The notes under the pieces: model-generated
Told to the model about the DNA's origin: nothing
The model's input: only the letters and a program-made list of their open reading frames with translations
Database searches by the model: none
Shown here: positions 43,695 through 58,166 of the stretch, one piece after another
Layout: each line of letters starts with the position of its first letter
Position numbering within the stretch: the first letter of the stretch is position 1
DNA from: the human T2T-CHM13v2.0 reference genome, Homo sapiens
Assembly (NCBI RefSeq): GCF_009914755.1
Contig: NC_060933.1
Strand: one strand, 5' to 3'
DNA: 64,000 bases
Program-made: the position numbers and the translations under genes

Positions 43695-43870
43695 AGGGTG
43701 GTGCTTTTCAAAGATGCAGACCACTGCGTCAGAACCACCTGGGGGCTTGGTAAAATGCCGCTTCCCAAGCGCTATTCCAGACCTACCAAACCGGAATCTC
43801 TAGGGCTGCTCCATTTTTAATACACATCCCTGATGATCCGGGTACACACTAAAGTTTGAGACGCCAGCTC
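43695..43870. mobile_element. MER5B-like hAT-Charlie relic
   Basis: gtgcttttcaaagatgcagaccactgcgtcagaaccacctgggg...cacactaaagtttgaga. Confidence 0.65.
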
Positions 43871-45420
43871 ATTTTCCTGCCAAGGAGCTTTGCTTATTCC
43901 CCCACCCAACCTCCCACACACATCCATTTCATCGGCTTTATTGAGCAACAGTTTCTGCAGGACAGGACATCCATGCAGCTCTATGGAGTCACAGACTGCA
44001 GGTTCACCGAAGTTCTCAGTGTCTTGGTCTCTGCTCCAACATCGCCCTCACCCTTCCTAAAATAGCCACCAGCCATCCTTTGGGCTCCGAATGTTTGCTT
44101 TTGTTCCAGAAGATTGTGTTGTCATGCTTTTCCCTTCTACCCACAACATGTAGAAGGCTGGGCAGAGTAGGGCCTCAGAAATTGCTTACTGATTGACCAA
44201 CACCTGCATAAATTGGAACACTCACTGGAAGATTGGTCCTTACATATGCATTTGTTTTTAATGCTGGCTGGATGCTCATACTAATAGAGACAACAATGGT
44301 AATCATAAGAATCATAATGCTGGTGAGAAAGATCTTTATATAAGGCCCTTTCTAGGTTACAAAGATATGTCACACATTTTCCCCTTGATAGTCATCTGTA
44401 ACACTCAAAACAAACATTATCACACCCACTTTACTAATGGCAAACTGAGGCTCGGAGAGATTAAGTGGCTTTCCTGAGGACTCACAACTAGTTGTTTGCG
44501 GGGCTGGTACTCCAATCTAGACCCCTCATCTCCCAGGAGTCAATCATTCTTTCCCTGATCCAGTAAATAATGACTGAGCCCTCATGATATGCCATTCACC
44601 ACACCAGAGCTAAGGACCAAGAGCCAAGGCTGACGTGGTCCCTGCCCTCCTGGTCTCCCACCCACATCACCCCTAATGACATGGAAGCTGCCATCAGCCA
44701 GGAGACAAGATACGTACATGGCAAGGCCAAAAGGCAGAACAAGTCAGGGTGTGCCCATGAGACGAAACCAGGGCAGCAGTGCCCCTCTCCTTCTGTTGAG
44801 GCCTCCACAGGGATGTACAGTGCAACAGCGGAGTAGCCATCCCCAGGTCAGGTTTCCAACTGCACCTGCCCTGCCAGTCTCAGGTGCTGTGAGCCCCAGA
44901 GCTTGGAGGCAACAAGGGGAGCACAGCTCTCAGCATGAACACGGGGATTTTCAGAAAGGGTGGAGCAAGGTGGCCTTGGTATAAGCTGCCATTCCCCAGG
45001 ACGGTACTGCAGATCTGCAGTGGGCCACTCGCCACCCTGAGGCTAAGCTTGCATCTGTATCTCAGGCTACGGACTCTCACCTGCCTTACAGAGCTACTGT
45101 ATGCCCACATGAACGTGATGGGGAAACCCACAAGCCCAGCTTGAGGTCGGCAATCACCGTGATTCCTCAGGGGCCCACTTCCTTTTCTTAATGGATCTTC
45201 TAAGGGTCTAGGGACTGCTGCTGCCATTTGGGGCTATGGCAAGGAGTGCCTCTAGGATACCCTGCACATTCACATCTTTCTTTAACTGAGGCTTCAAACT
45301 GCGTGACATAAGCAGACTAGTCATGAGACTCCAGCACATCACTTAACCTCGTAGCATCCCATTTCTTCACCTGTAATTCGGGATAATGGAACTGTTCTCC
45401 TCGAGTTCATGTGAGGATTT

Positions 45421-46023
45421 TTTTTATTATACTTTAAATTCTAGGGTACATGTGCACAACGTGGTCTGTTACATATGTATACATGTGCCATGTTGGTGTG
45501 CTGCACCCGTTAACTCGTCATTTACGTTAGGTATATCTCCTAATGCTATCCCTCCCCCGTCCCTCCACCCCACTACAGGCCCCGGTGTGTGATGTTCCCC
45601 TTCCTGTGTCCAAGCATTCTCATTGTTCAATTCCCACCTATGAGTGAGAACATGCGGTGTTTGGTTTTTTGTCCTTGCTATAGTTTGCTGAGAATGATAG
45701 CTTCCAGCTTCATCCATGTCCCTACCAAAGACATGAATTCATCCTTTTTGCGGCTGCATAGTATTCCATGGTGTATATGTGCCACATTTTCTTAATCCAG
45801 TGTATCATTGAGGGACATTTGGGTTGGTTCCAAGTCTTTGCTATTGTGAATAGTGCCGCAGTAAACATACGTGTGCGTGTGTCTTTATAGCAGCATGATT
45901 TATAATCCTTTGGGTATATACCCAGTAATGGGATGGCTGGGTCAAATGGTATTTCTAGTTCTAGATCCCTGAGGAATCGCCACACTGTCTTCCACAATGG
46001 CTGAACTAGTTTACAGTCCCACC
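45421..46023 (-). mobile_element. 5'-truncated L1PA (L1PA4-6-like) 3' end, inserted into a MIR, with 14-bp TSD TCATGTGAGGATTT
   Basis: Reverse-complement L1 3'UTR and ORF2 end (track ORF 45722..46027 is ORF2 C-terminal-like). TSD at 45407-45420 and 46024-46037. MIR sequence continues on both sides (~45335-45420, ~46024-46100). Confidence 0.95.
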
Positions 46024-46070
46024 TCATGTGAGGATTTAAAGGGTAAATACATACAAACTGCTTGTAATAA

Positions 46071-46413
<343 letters not shown>

Positions 46414-46465
46414 TATTATCATTTTTTTATGATAACTTTCCTTTTTTAAAAAAAAAGTACAAACA

Positions 46466-48780
46466 GTGCGAGAGCCACTGCTGCTGAGGAGAGAAGCGTC
46501 CACAGCAGCACCATGGGAGGTCTGATTGATCCACATGAATTCCTAGGCATTCAGACCTAAGAATCATCTTCTTCCTGCTTGCCCGCGGCTCCGCCTGCAT
46601 CCAAACCGCTGCTCGCCCCATGTCGCTCGGTAGCTCAACAGAAGACCCCTGAAGGCTATGTGGGATTTGCCAATCTCCCAAACCAAGTATACAGAAAATC
46701 AGTTAAGAGATCTGGTTTTGATTCACGCTATGGTAGTGGGTGGAACAATCCAAAGTTTTAATCAAAGAAGGTGGTGTTCAGTTGCTGCTCACAATAGTTG
46801 ATACCCCAGGATTTGGAGATGCAGTGGATAATAGTAATTGCTGGCAGCCTTACAATCGACTACATTGATAATAAACTTGAGGACTACGTAAATGCAGAAT
46901 CGCATGTGAACGGACGTCAGATGCCTGATAACGGTGTAGCGTTGTTTATACTTCATTGCTCCTTCAGGACATGGACTTAAACCATTGAATATTGAGTTTA
47001 TGAAGCGTTTGCATGAAACAGTATCATCTCACTTATTGCCACAGAAGACACACTCACACCAGAGGAATGCTAACAGTTTAAAAAACAGATAATGAAAGAA
47101 ACCCAAGAACATAAAATTAAAATATATGAATTTCTAGAAACATAATAAAGAAGAAAATAAACTTGTTAAAAAGATAAAGGACCATTTACCTGTTGGTGTG
47201 GTAGGTAGTAATACTATCATCAAAGTTAATGGCAAAATGATCAGAGGAAAGCAGCATCCTTGGGGTATTGCTGAAGTTGAAAATGGTGAACACTGTGATT
47301 TTACAATTCTAAGAAATATGTTGATAAGAACACACATGCAGGACTTGAAAGAGGTTACTAATAATGTCCACTATGAGAACTACAGAAGCAGAAAACTGGC
47401 AGCTGTGACTTATAATGGAATTGATAACAACAAGAATAAAGGGCAGCTGACCAAGAGCCCTCCGGCACAAATGGAAGAAGAAAGAAGGGAGCATGTAGCT
47501 AAAATGAAGAAGATGGAGCTGGAGATGGAGCAGGTGTTTGAGATGAAGGTCAAAGAAAAAGTTCAAAACTGAAGAACTCTGAAGCTGAGCTCCAGCGGCA
47601 CCATGAGCAAATGAAAAGGAATTTGGAAGCACAGCATAAACAATTAGAGGAAAAACGTCATCAGTTAGAGGATGAGAAAGCAAACTGGGAAGCTCAACAA
47701 CGTATTTTAGAACAACGAACTCTTCGAGAACCTTGGAAAAGAACAAGAAGAAAGGAAGATCTTTTAAACTCTCTATTGACCACCAGTTACGTATTAGTTG
47801 CCAATATGCCAGCTTGGACATCAGTGTTTGTTGGATCCGTTTGACCAATTTGAGCCAGTTTTATCTATAATGATGGATTTAAGAGCATGACACACATTAT
47901 TTTTGTTGTTGTTGTTCTTGATGGAGATTAAGATGCCGTCAATTGTCTAGGGTGTTGTGTACTTAGAAAGTAACAGCTCTACTTTTCCTACTTTTTCTTT
48001 TTCTTTTTTTATTAAACAGATTATCTTCAGTTGAATGCAAGATAACATTTTACTGTTGTATAATCATGTTCTGACGGTTTGATTGTTTACAAGATATTCC
48101 AAAATAAAAGGACTCTGGAAGGTTTTCATTGAGGATAAAAGGCCATAATATGATGCAAACTATGCTTCTCTATGATAATTATAATACAAAGGTTCCATTC
48201 AATGCAGTATATACAATAATGTAATTTAGTCTAACACAGTTGACCCTATGTTTTGACACTTCCATTGTTTAAAAATACACATGGAAAAAAAACCCTATAT
48301 GCTTACAGTGCACCTAGAGCTTTTTTATAACAACTTCTTTTTGTTTGTTTTGGATTCTTTAAATATATATTATTCTCATTTAGTGCACTCTTTAGCCAGA
48401 ATCTCATTACTACTTCATTTTTGTAATAACATTTAATTTAGATAGTGTTCACATATTGGCCCTGCTGAAATAGAATATAGCATCTTTCATATGGTAGGAA
48501 CCAACAAGGAAACTTTCTTTAACTCCTTTTTACACTTTATGGTAAGTAGCAGGGGGAAAATGCATTTATAGATCATTTCTAGGCAAAATTGTGAAGCTAA
48601 TGACCAACCTGTTTCTACCTATATGCAGTCTCTTAATTTTACTAGAAATGGGAATCACGGCCTCTTGAAGAGAAAAAAGTCACCATTCTGCATTTAGCTG
48701 TAATCATATATTGCATTTCTGTATTTTTTGTTTGTATTGTAAAAAATTCACATAATAAACGATGTTGTGATATAAAAAAA
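46466..48780 (+). pseudogene. SEPTIN7P7: Processed septin-7 pseudogene (probably SEPTIN7P7), antisense within GABBR2 intron 1
   Basis: Intronless SEPT7-like peptides in shifting frames ([17 protein letters not shown]; [27 protein letters not shown]; VGSNTII...[36 protein letters not shown]; [16 protein letters not shown]). Several frameshifts, premature TAA at 47071-47073, ancestral stop at 47765-47767, ~1 kb 3'UTR, AATAAA at 48754-48759, polyA at 48774-48780. TSD core GTACAAACA at 46457-46465 and 48782-48790 next to a TTTTTT/AAAA L1-endonuclease site. The P7 number is recalled and less certain than the SEPT7 origin. Confidence 0.95.
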
Positions 48781-50020
48781 TGTACAAACAACATGCATCA
48801 GTGGAGAATCTCTGCAATTGACATAGAATCATTTCTTATAAAACCATTGTTCCATCTCTTACAGACTGGCATCCCAGACAGCCTGAATTCTGCCCCCACT
48901 CCCCCTTCCAGCCCCTCTGTCACCCACCTCAGGTGCCCTACATCACAGTCATCTTGCAGTTGGCATTTCCCAAGCAGAATTTATCTTTTCCCATTTCTGT
49001 GCCTTTGCTCCTCACCTCCCTGCAGTTTCTCGCACCTCGAATGCCCTTACCCTTCCATCTATGAAATCCAAAGCATGCCCATATTTCAAGTGAACGTCGG
49101 GGAGGAGTGGGAATGGTCTCCTGACATTTCATTGGGTGATTTTTCCACATAACAGAGCACCTAACCCCTCCCAGCTATAACCCATCTGGGTGGGCTGAGC
49201 CCTAAGCCCTAAGCAATGAGTGGCAAAACTGGTTGAAGGGCAGGGCTCCAAGGTGGGTTTTTAGCAGTGAGCAAGGCATGGTTCAGGGGAGATGGTGCTC
49301 AGGGCCTCCAGCTTTCGGCCCCCTCAGAAGGGTGGGGCTGCTGGGAGTGGCCTGGGGCAGAGCTGGGCTCCAGGCTCCTTGGGTGCCAGTGGCACAGCCC
49401 TTACATCCTCAAAGTCTTTGTGATGCCCCGTCTGCTACCCTACTCAGTTTGTGTGGACGCTGAGAGCTCCAAACCCAGGCTCAGGGCCAGGACACTGGGC
49501 AGTGGCACTAGTGGTTCTGAAGAGGGCTTGCCATCGAAGCACTGGGAGGCTGTTTCCACAAGCCAAAAGGGCAGAGGGGCCATGGCCAAGATCAGAAACC
49601 CAGACACGGAGGCTGCACTTGGCAATGAAGGGGACACAGAAGCACGTGGATGTCAGGGGCTGTGGCTCACCATGCCCCAAACCAAACTCCTGTCCTCCCT
49701 GCGCCCCTCTCCCAGATGCCTCATTTCAGTGAACAGCACCCATCCTCCATCCGCCCCGCCTAGGAGGGCAGTGCAGCCTGCCAAGCGCTCCAGAAACTGC
49801 TGCCTGGACTCAACTCCCAGTTGGTGGCTTCCTGGTGGCGTGATAGTGGGCCCATTTAACCTCTCTGAGCCTCAGTTTCCTGCCTATAAAGAGAGGATGA
49901 CAATAGTGCCTATTTCATGAGGTTTAAAATGAGTCAACCCATCTGGAGCAGTCAGGACACAGAGCCTGGCCCACAGCCTGCACTACGTGAGGGCTCACTT
50001 CTATAGTCAGGTCCTTAGCA

Positions 50021-50492
50021 CTGCGCTGGCTGAAAGGCAGCCTGCAAAAATATGCATCCATGCCCTAACTCCTGGAACTGTGAATGCTGCCTTATATGGT
50101 AAAAGAGGGAATATTACCTTACATGGCAAAAATGTGATTTAGTGAAGGTTCTTGAGAGGAGGAGCTTATCCTGTAATATTCAGGTAGGCTATAAATCTCA
50201 TGAGTGAGGCAGAAATAGACTAGACAGGCAGAAGAGAGAAGACAATGTGACCAGGGAGGTAGAGATTGGAACCCTGCAGACCCAAGTCAGGGAATGCCAA
50301 CAGTCACCAAAAGCAGGGAGAGGCACAAAAGGATTGGTTTTCCCCCAGGGCCTCCAGAGAGACCCTGGCCCTGCCAAGACCTTGATTTCAGACTTCTGGC
50401 CTCTAGGACTGTGAGAAAAAAAAAAAACGTGTGCTGTTTTCAGCCACCCTGTTTGTGGCAATTTGTTCTGGCAGCCACAGGAAGCAAATACA
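50021..50492 (+). mobile_element. ERVL-MaLR LTR (MLT1C/D-like)
   Basis: ccctaactcctggaactgtgaat...ccttgatttcagacttctggcctctaggactgtgaga...gcagccacaggaagcaaataca. Confidence 0.88.
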
Positions 50493-50504
50493 AGGTGCCT
50501 CCTT

Positions 50505-50649
50505 AATCCCAGTTACTCAGGAAGCTGAGGCAGGAGAATTGCTTGAGCCCGGGAGGCAAAGGTTGAGTGAGCAGAGATTGCACCATTGCACTCCAGCCTG
50601 GGTGAAAGAATGAGGCTCTGTCTCAAACAAAAACGAACAAACAAAAAAA
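50505..50649 (+). mobile_element. 5'-truncated Alu (right arm only) with 15-bp TSD ACAAGGTGCCTCCTT
   Basis: TSD at 50490-50504 and 50650-50664. Confidence 0.93.
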
Positions 50650-51091
50650 ACAAGGTGCCTCCTTGACATCGCTCTCCCCACCTTCCACTGCTTTCTCAAG
50701 TCTCCCTCTGTCCAGGGAGGTCATTCCTCCCCGCTGCCTACAGAACCACCATCCTGTCCTCTCCCAACTGGGCTACTTCCACCCAACAATGGGCTCCTCA
50801 GCCCCCCGGAGATAAAGATTGGGATAAAGATCAATGCCACCCCCTGCCTCCTGCCCTGTAAGGCCCTCTGTGGCATGGCCGCTGCCATTTCCACTGCCTA
50901 CCTTGTCCCTTGCTCACCCTGGTGTCTTAGGCTTCACTCACAGTCCCTTGTAGCTGCATGTCTCCTTCAGCATGGAGCCACCACACTTACTGTCACCCCA
51001 TCCCATCCCTGCCCTAACTATTTCCTACTTGAGCTTCTCCAACAATGAAAACTGCTATGGATTCCTTCATCACATCCCAAGTGCACCCGAG

Positions 51092-51130
51092 GAATGAATG
51101 AATGAATGAATGAATGAATGAATGAATGAA
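51092..51130. repeat. (GAAT)n tetranucleotide microsatellite, about 9 units
   Basis: Directly visible perfect array. Confidence 0.95.
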
Positions 51131-52689
51131 ATTGGAAGATTCCTATATCCCAGGCCTAGCTAACTGGACAAGGTATGTAAACCCAAGCCATAGGCTAGCT
51201 GCTGACCCATAACCTTGTAGGCCCAGGAAAAATGAGCTGGCAAGGAAGAGATTTTCTCTCTTGAAAATCTGGATTTGGAAATGTTAAGAAAACGAGAAAG
51301 TGCTCTTCAGAGCACACACCACTTTCTTAGAAAAGCCTCCCCAATTCTGGGTAGGTTCCCCAGCCACGCACACTCCCACCACCGGGTACCTTGCCCTCGT
51401 GGCTGTGGTCACACTACATCTGTCTGCCTCACTAGACCTCACGTTCCATGGCAGCCTTGTTCAGCACTGCTTCCCTGATGCGCCCAAGGAGTGAATGAAT
51501 GAATGAATGGCAATTGACCGGAGGAGCCATGTGAGTTCATCTCACAACACAGCTGGAGGCTACACCAGGAGAATGATTCATTCCAGAATCAAGGAGGTGG
51601 AGAACAGGCCTGCTCAGTTTCTGGTTGGTCTATCCAAACCCATCTTTGAGGCTCTATCTGGGCCCTGCCCAGGAAGAGAGAAGGGACCACCTGCAGATTG
51701 TCCCCAGAGTCAGCCAGTCTGGAGAGAGGACAGCCAATTATATCCCACGAGTCTTGGCTGCAGAGCCTGTAACTGTTCAGCCAGTAGAAGGGCCCCCTCA
51801 GGCCCAGCATGGCCTGCACAGCTCTGAGGGGCTCTCAGAGGCAGAGAGCACAGATGCAGTGTGTTTGGTTCCAGAGGAAAGGACCAGAACTAGGATATGG
51901 GGGCTGGGGCAGAAAGCTGCAGGGAGACAGGCACCAGCTGGAGAATAACGGCATTTTTTTCAAAGCCAGGGCTATGCTTGGATGCAACAGAAACGTGGCC
52001 GGTCAGCCAGCCCTGGAGCTGTCCAGGTGTTAGATGCTCACCTGTGTGACAGGCTGAGGAGGGATTCAAGCACTAGAGGGCCCCTTCTAACCCAGAGAGT
52101 CTGCACTTTTGTTCTCACTATCACAGTTATGTACATTCTAATGTGCTGTCACAGCCTCATCTGTTTCCTGGAGAATGTGACAAGCACTGTTTTATGAAGA
52201 AAGTAAACAAAAGAATCCCAGCCAAGGTGGTATCGCAAATTAAATTCACATTTTGAGGTCTCCTCCTCCTTGCTGTAATAAACACACAGCAATGATAGCT
52301 GAAATACAAAAATAGAAAATTTAAAGACATAGCATTACTCAAAAATAAAATTCTCAGGGGGGAAAAAACCACAACATGGTAAGTGGAGATGAGGCTGCAG
52401 GCTTGATGGGCTCTGAGTGCAATACAGACAGAGGTGCCTGGCATTGAGAATTCTCTGGGGTAACAGAGACTCATAGCACGCCCAAGTAAAGGCGGGGGCC
52501 AGAGCCACAATCAATGCAAAAGAGAACTATAGTCAAGCTCACTATTTGAAGCAAAGGGTTGGAGCAGAGCAGGTAGAGAAGGGCTTCCTCTGCTCTAGAG
52601 GAAAGCTGGGATGAAGTTCTACCAACTGCTACCTGCTGCCTCAGCCCACAGGAAGCTGCACGCTCTGGATGGCAGGACAAGGTGGAAAA

Positions 52690-53210
<521 letters not shown>

Positions 53211-53877
53211 ACCAGAAAAAGACAGTTTCTAAGGAGTCAATAACTGGATGGACAGCAGACATCTCTTCAGTAACAAGAGACCCAAAAGACAAATTCTGCA
53301 GGGAAGTAACTGCATGCCTGGAATTCTGAACTCTGCTAAAGCAGTATTCAAAAGTGAGAGGAAAACAGAGACATTTTAAGACATCCAAATATTAAGAGCG
53401 TTGACCATCCTTGGCACTCACCATATGCGCTAAGTACAACTTGAGAATGAACTCAGCCAGAAGAAAAGGGAACTCAGAAGAAGGAATAGGGCACAAAAAA
53501 CAGTGGCGAGCAAAAGCATTAGGAAAATGTGTTAGCAAAGTTAATGAACTACTAACTGTAACACGAAAATAATAACAATTAAAATTTTTGGAACCAAAAT
53601 TCTAGGAAACAATGATAGAACAGGTATTAGTGGGTTGTGATGCATGATTACAATTCTCATCAGATTCAGTAAAGGAGAATGATATTGAATAGCAATAGAT
53701 TTGAGTAGAAAAAAAGAAATTAATTTAGGATATATGCTAAAGTGTTAAGGATATAACCACATCAGCAGAGGAAAAAGGGGGAGTGGCAGAAGGAACACTC
53801 AAAATAAGAGAGTAGAAATATATCACTAATCACAATAAATATAAACCAATTAAAACCACCTATTAAAAGATAAACTA

Positions 53878-54188
<311 letters not shown>

Positions 54189-55479
54189 ATAAAAGACAAA
54201 TTAAAATGAGTAAAACAAAATGGGTTATAGAATGTTATATATAGTATGATGTCTACATAAAGCTTAAAAATACTATAGATTGTTTATGGACATGTACATC
54301 TGCAGTAAGATATAACAATAGAGATGAGAAACATAGAACTAACTTCTAGATAGCTGTTGTTTCTGTGGAGGGAAGAAGGGGGAAATGAGAATGGAGAAGG
54401 ATAAAAAGATGCTTTGGGGAGGGAGGGAGGGAGAGAGACAGACATGCATGAAGATCAACCCTGCAGAACTTGATCACAAATGGAGACTGTAAACTCAATT
54501 CATCCAGGAGCTGGCTCTTTTTAACACAGGTCTCAGTGATGCTATTGCCCAGAAACAGACTTTCAGGGTATATTAACCTTCCCTCTGCCTGTTGTTCTCT
54601 CAACCTGGAACAGCTTCTCTGTCCTGTAGCCTTTTCAATAAAAATCCTTCATCTCCCTCTGTTCAGCTGACACACCACTCTGATGGATCCTTCCATGAGA
54701 AGAAATGCCCCCACTCAGGGACAACCTCAGGTCAGCCCTGGGCTGGCTGGCCACCTCTGCCTCTCTCACTTTATAGGCTCCTGAGGCAGGATGCCACCCA
54801 ACTCACCCCTGAATCACCAGCCCCTAGCAGGATGCGAGACACACTAGAGCACACGGTCAATGCAGATGGTCTGGATGTCTCAGCTGTAGACCCCAGAGGC
54901 ACAGAGAGTCCTCCTGGTGTGAGATTTACTGAGGAAAGGAGGAAGGACCACAAGCCTATCTCAGCACAGTAACAGGTGGCATTCACAGCAGACCAGTGAA
55001 AAGGCATCAGCTGTTCCACAGAAGTGAAGTTCTACATAATAAAGCGTATATCATTAAGTGCTCCAACTTAAGCCATGTTTGAAAGACTAATTTTTAAAAT
55101 GCAATTTAGACATGGCTGCAGGTTTTAGACATGCCCTTATTGTCCAAAATTCTTTCTCCTCCCCACCCCCAGGATATTTTGAAATTGCTAAGGTAACGTG
55201 CTTCCAGAAGAGTCCAACAATACAGTCATGGATAAAGCAGGAGGTGCCAAGTTGCTCCCCACTTCCCTTGCCTCCAATCTCACCCTCCAGGAATAATCGG
55301 TGTCGACCCCCTGCTCTCAAAAAACACATGGTGCTGTACATAGCCCAGATCCTTTCTTCCAGGCCACTCAGTGTGTGCCCAGAACTGTGCTGGACTCCTT
55401 GATACATATTTAATTTCACCCTCTAAACAGCTCTGTGTGGGAGGGAGGGTCATTGCTCCCAGAACAAAAGCCACAGTCC

Positions 55480-55790
55480 AGAATGTGACTCCAGAGCCTG
55501 GCTGCCTGCCTCTCAATCCCAGTTCTGTCGTCTATGAACTAGGTGAGCTTGTGCAAGTTTGCACCTGTTTGTGCCTCAACTGCTTAGTGCTAATAAGTAG
55601 TACTTCCTTCATGGTAAATTGTGAGAATTAAATTCACACATGCAAAGAAATAAGAACAGTGTCTGACACGTAGAAAGCTGATAAATTACTATTTCCATCT
55701 TATAGATAAGGAAACTGAGATTCAGAGAGGTTAAATGACTTAGCAAATCCAAACAACGGTTAAGAATTTCAAGCCATGGACCTGCCAGAA
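55480..55790. mobile_element. Two adjacent MIR fragments in opposite orientation
   Basis: Plus-strand MIR ~55480-55685; minus-strand MIR core ccatcttatagataaggaaactgagattcagagaggttaaatgactt ~55695-55790. Confidence 0.7.
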
Positions 55791-56046
55791 ACACATGTGG
55801 TCCCCAGGGAAGATACAGGGTATGGGGTGTTACACTGCCCTCCATCCTAATTTTCCAACATGCTTTTCAAATCCTCAGGGTCTTTGACATTTCTTCCCTT
55901 TCTCACCCTCCGGGTCAGGCAGTAAGCTGCCATTTCTTGCTGCTGGCTATCAACCCTACACTTGTTCCTAATTGGTTGACTTGCTGTAGTCTGGAAACCA
56001 AAGATAATACAACTGGTAAGAAAAGTACACAACACAAGTGCAGCTA

Positions 56047-56410
<364 letters not shown>

Positions 56411-58119
56411 GTCTTCTACTTTGGCAGTTTAGAGATCCACAGAGTCAGCTGGGTTTTGGATAGATGAAGTGACTGGATCTGTGTTCTCTGGATAAGTGAG
56501 GTATTGATGTATGAATATATTTTCTACATTTTAAAACTAAAGTTTCTGATTTAGGCATTTGTTAATTTCTCTGCCCTCAAAATGCAGAACCATGAATTGC
56601 AATCCCTTGGACAGTGTATTTCACTTTAAATATCTACATTCCAGGCTTCCCCAGGTACTGCATGTCAGTTCTAACCACTCTCCTCCATTCACATTCTGAA
56701 GGTATAAATGAGACCTAGAATTTTCCTAGGTCCCTGCTGCATTGCATTTAAATAACTTCCCAATCCACCACGATAAATTCTCTTTATGATGGATGATCAC
56801 AAGTTTCTGTCAGATGTGCGTGTGAATGGATGTTAAACTATGCCACAAACTAAACATGCACTGGGTGCCGGCTCTGGGTTGGGTGCTCAGGGGTACCAAG
56901 GAAAGCCAGACCCAGCTGCTCCCCAAAGGAGGTGAGGATCTGGAGGGGTGAGGAAATGGGGCCCAGAGAAAGGAAAGGCAGCATGAGAAGTTAAGGGAGA
57001 GAATCCTAAAAGGAGTTGAGGATGTCTAGACAAGGAGACGCAAATGCAGCCTGGGAGAGCAGGGACACTGAATGACTGGGAGCCCCAAGTACCTCTAAGG
57101 TTTCTGATTTTATTCTCATAGTCACATTTTTGTGCTTGTTGGAATCATAATGAAAGCATACGCATTAGAGACATTGCTGTGGACCACACAAAAATACCAA
57201 GATTCAGCAGAAGGAATGACAAGGGAGATGGAACCTCCTGCACAGTCAGAGAACTTGGGTCCCTAAAGGGATTTCTTTGGCCTTGATTCTCTGATTAGAT
57301 CCTCTCCAGTCACGATCCTGAGAATCCTAACCACTCCTCTAGTGAATGCAGGAGACCTAGGCCATTTGTTGGCACACAAAAAAAAGCTTCACGAAACCCA
57401 ACACTAAAGTCACAGCAGAGACAAGTTCACTGTGGAGTCAGAACAAGACCACAGGCAGTGATGGAAGAATCATGGCCAGAGTGGACTTACAGCCAGACAG
57501 ATCTGCACCCAGTGATGCCCCCACTACCTGCAGTCTGTATGACCTGGAGCAAGTCCCCTTACCACTCCGAGCCTCCGTTTCCTCATCTATTAAAATGGGA
57601 TGACATCTATCCAATTGGCTTCTCTGTGAGGATAAAAAATGGGTACAGAAAAAGCTTAGCCCAGTGCCTGGTCTATAGAAAGTGCTCAAAAAAGAGTAGC
57701 TGTGGTTCTTATTCTTGCCATCATGAAGAAACGTGATTTTACCCACATCAGAGGCCTGTGTCCCCATGGCTGTCAGGCTCAGGGCTAACCGATCCTGCAG
57801 CTCCAGTTCTCTGGTCTCAGACTTCATGAAGGGCATCCACCTTTATTCCACAAGATCCCTCTAAATGGCTTAATCATAGGCACCCTCGGAAGGGGAACCA
57901 CACTTGGCATAATTACTAGTCTTGTGCCCTTTTTGTAATCTTGACTTTGTGGGGATTGTTCGATCACAATAGTTGGGGGTTTGTGCGCGGTATTTAATTA
58001 GGCAGATGAAAGCATGTTAGGATGAAACAATAGTATCTCTAATTTAATGACATGTTCTGCATCTTACCCTGCAGCAATGACAAAAGATGCCTCCATGCAA
58101 AGGAAAAAAAAAGGTCTGC

Positions 58120-58123
<4 letters not shown>

Positions 58124-58166
<43 letters not shown>

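Noticed and set aside
47198-47572. 124-aa septin-like ORF as a functional gene
   Set aside because: Fragment of a frameshifted retrocopy with a non-ATG start, no P-loop and upstream stops.
47309-47848. 179-aa minus-strand ORF
   Set aside because: Antisense shadow of the septin coiled-coil coding region; no independent coding evidence.
49267-49920. Longest ORF in the window (217 aa)
   Set aside because: Non-ATG start, no recognisable domain, GC-rich chance ORF ending in MIR sequence.
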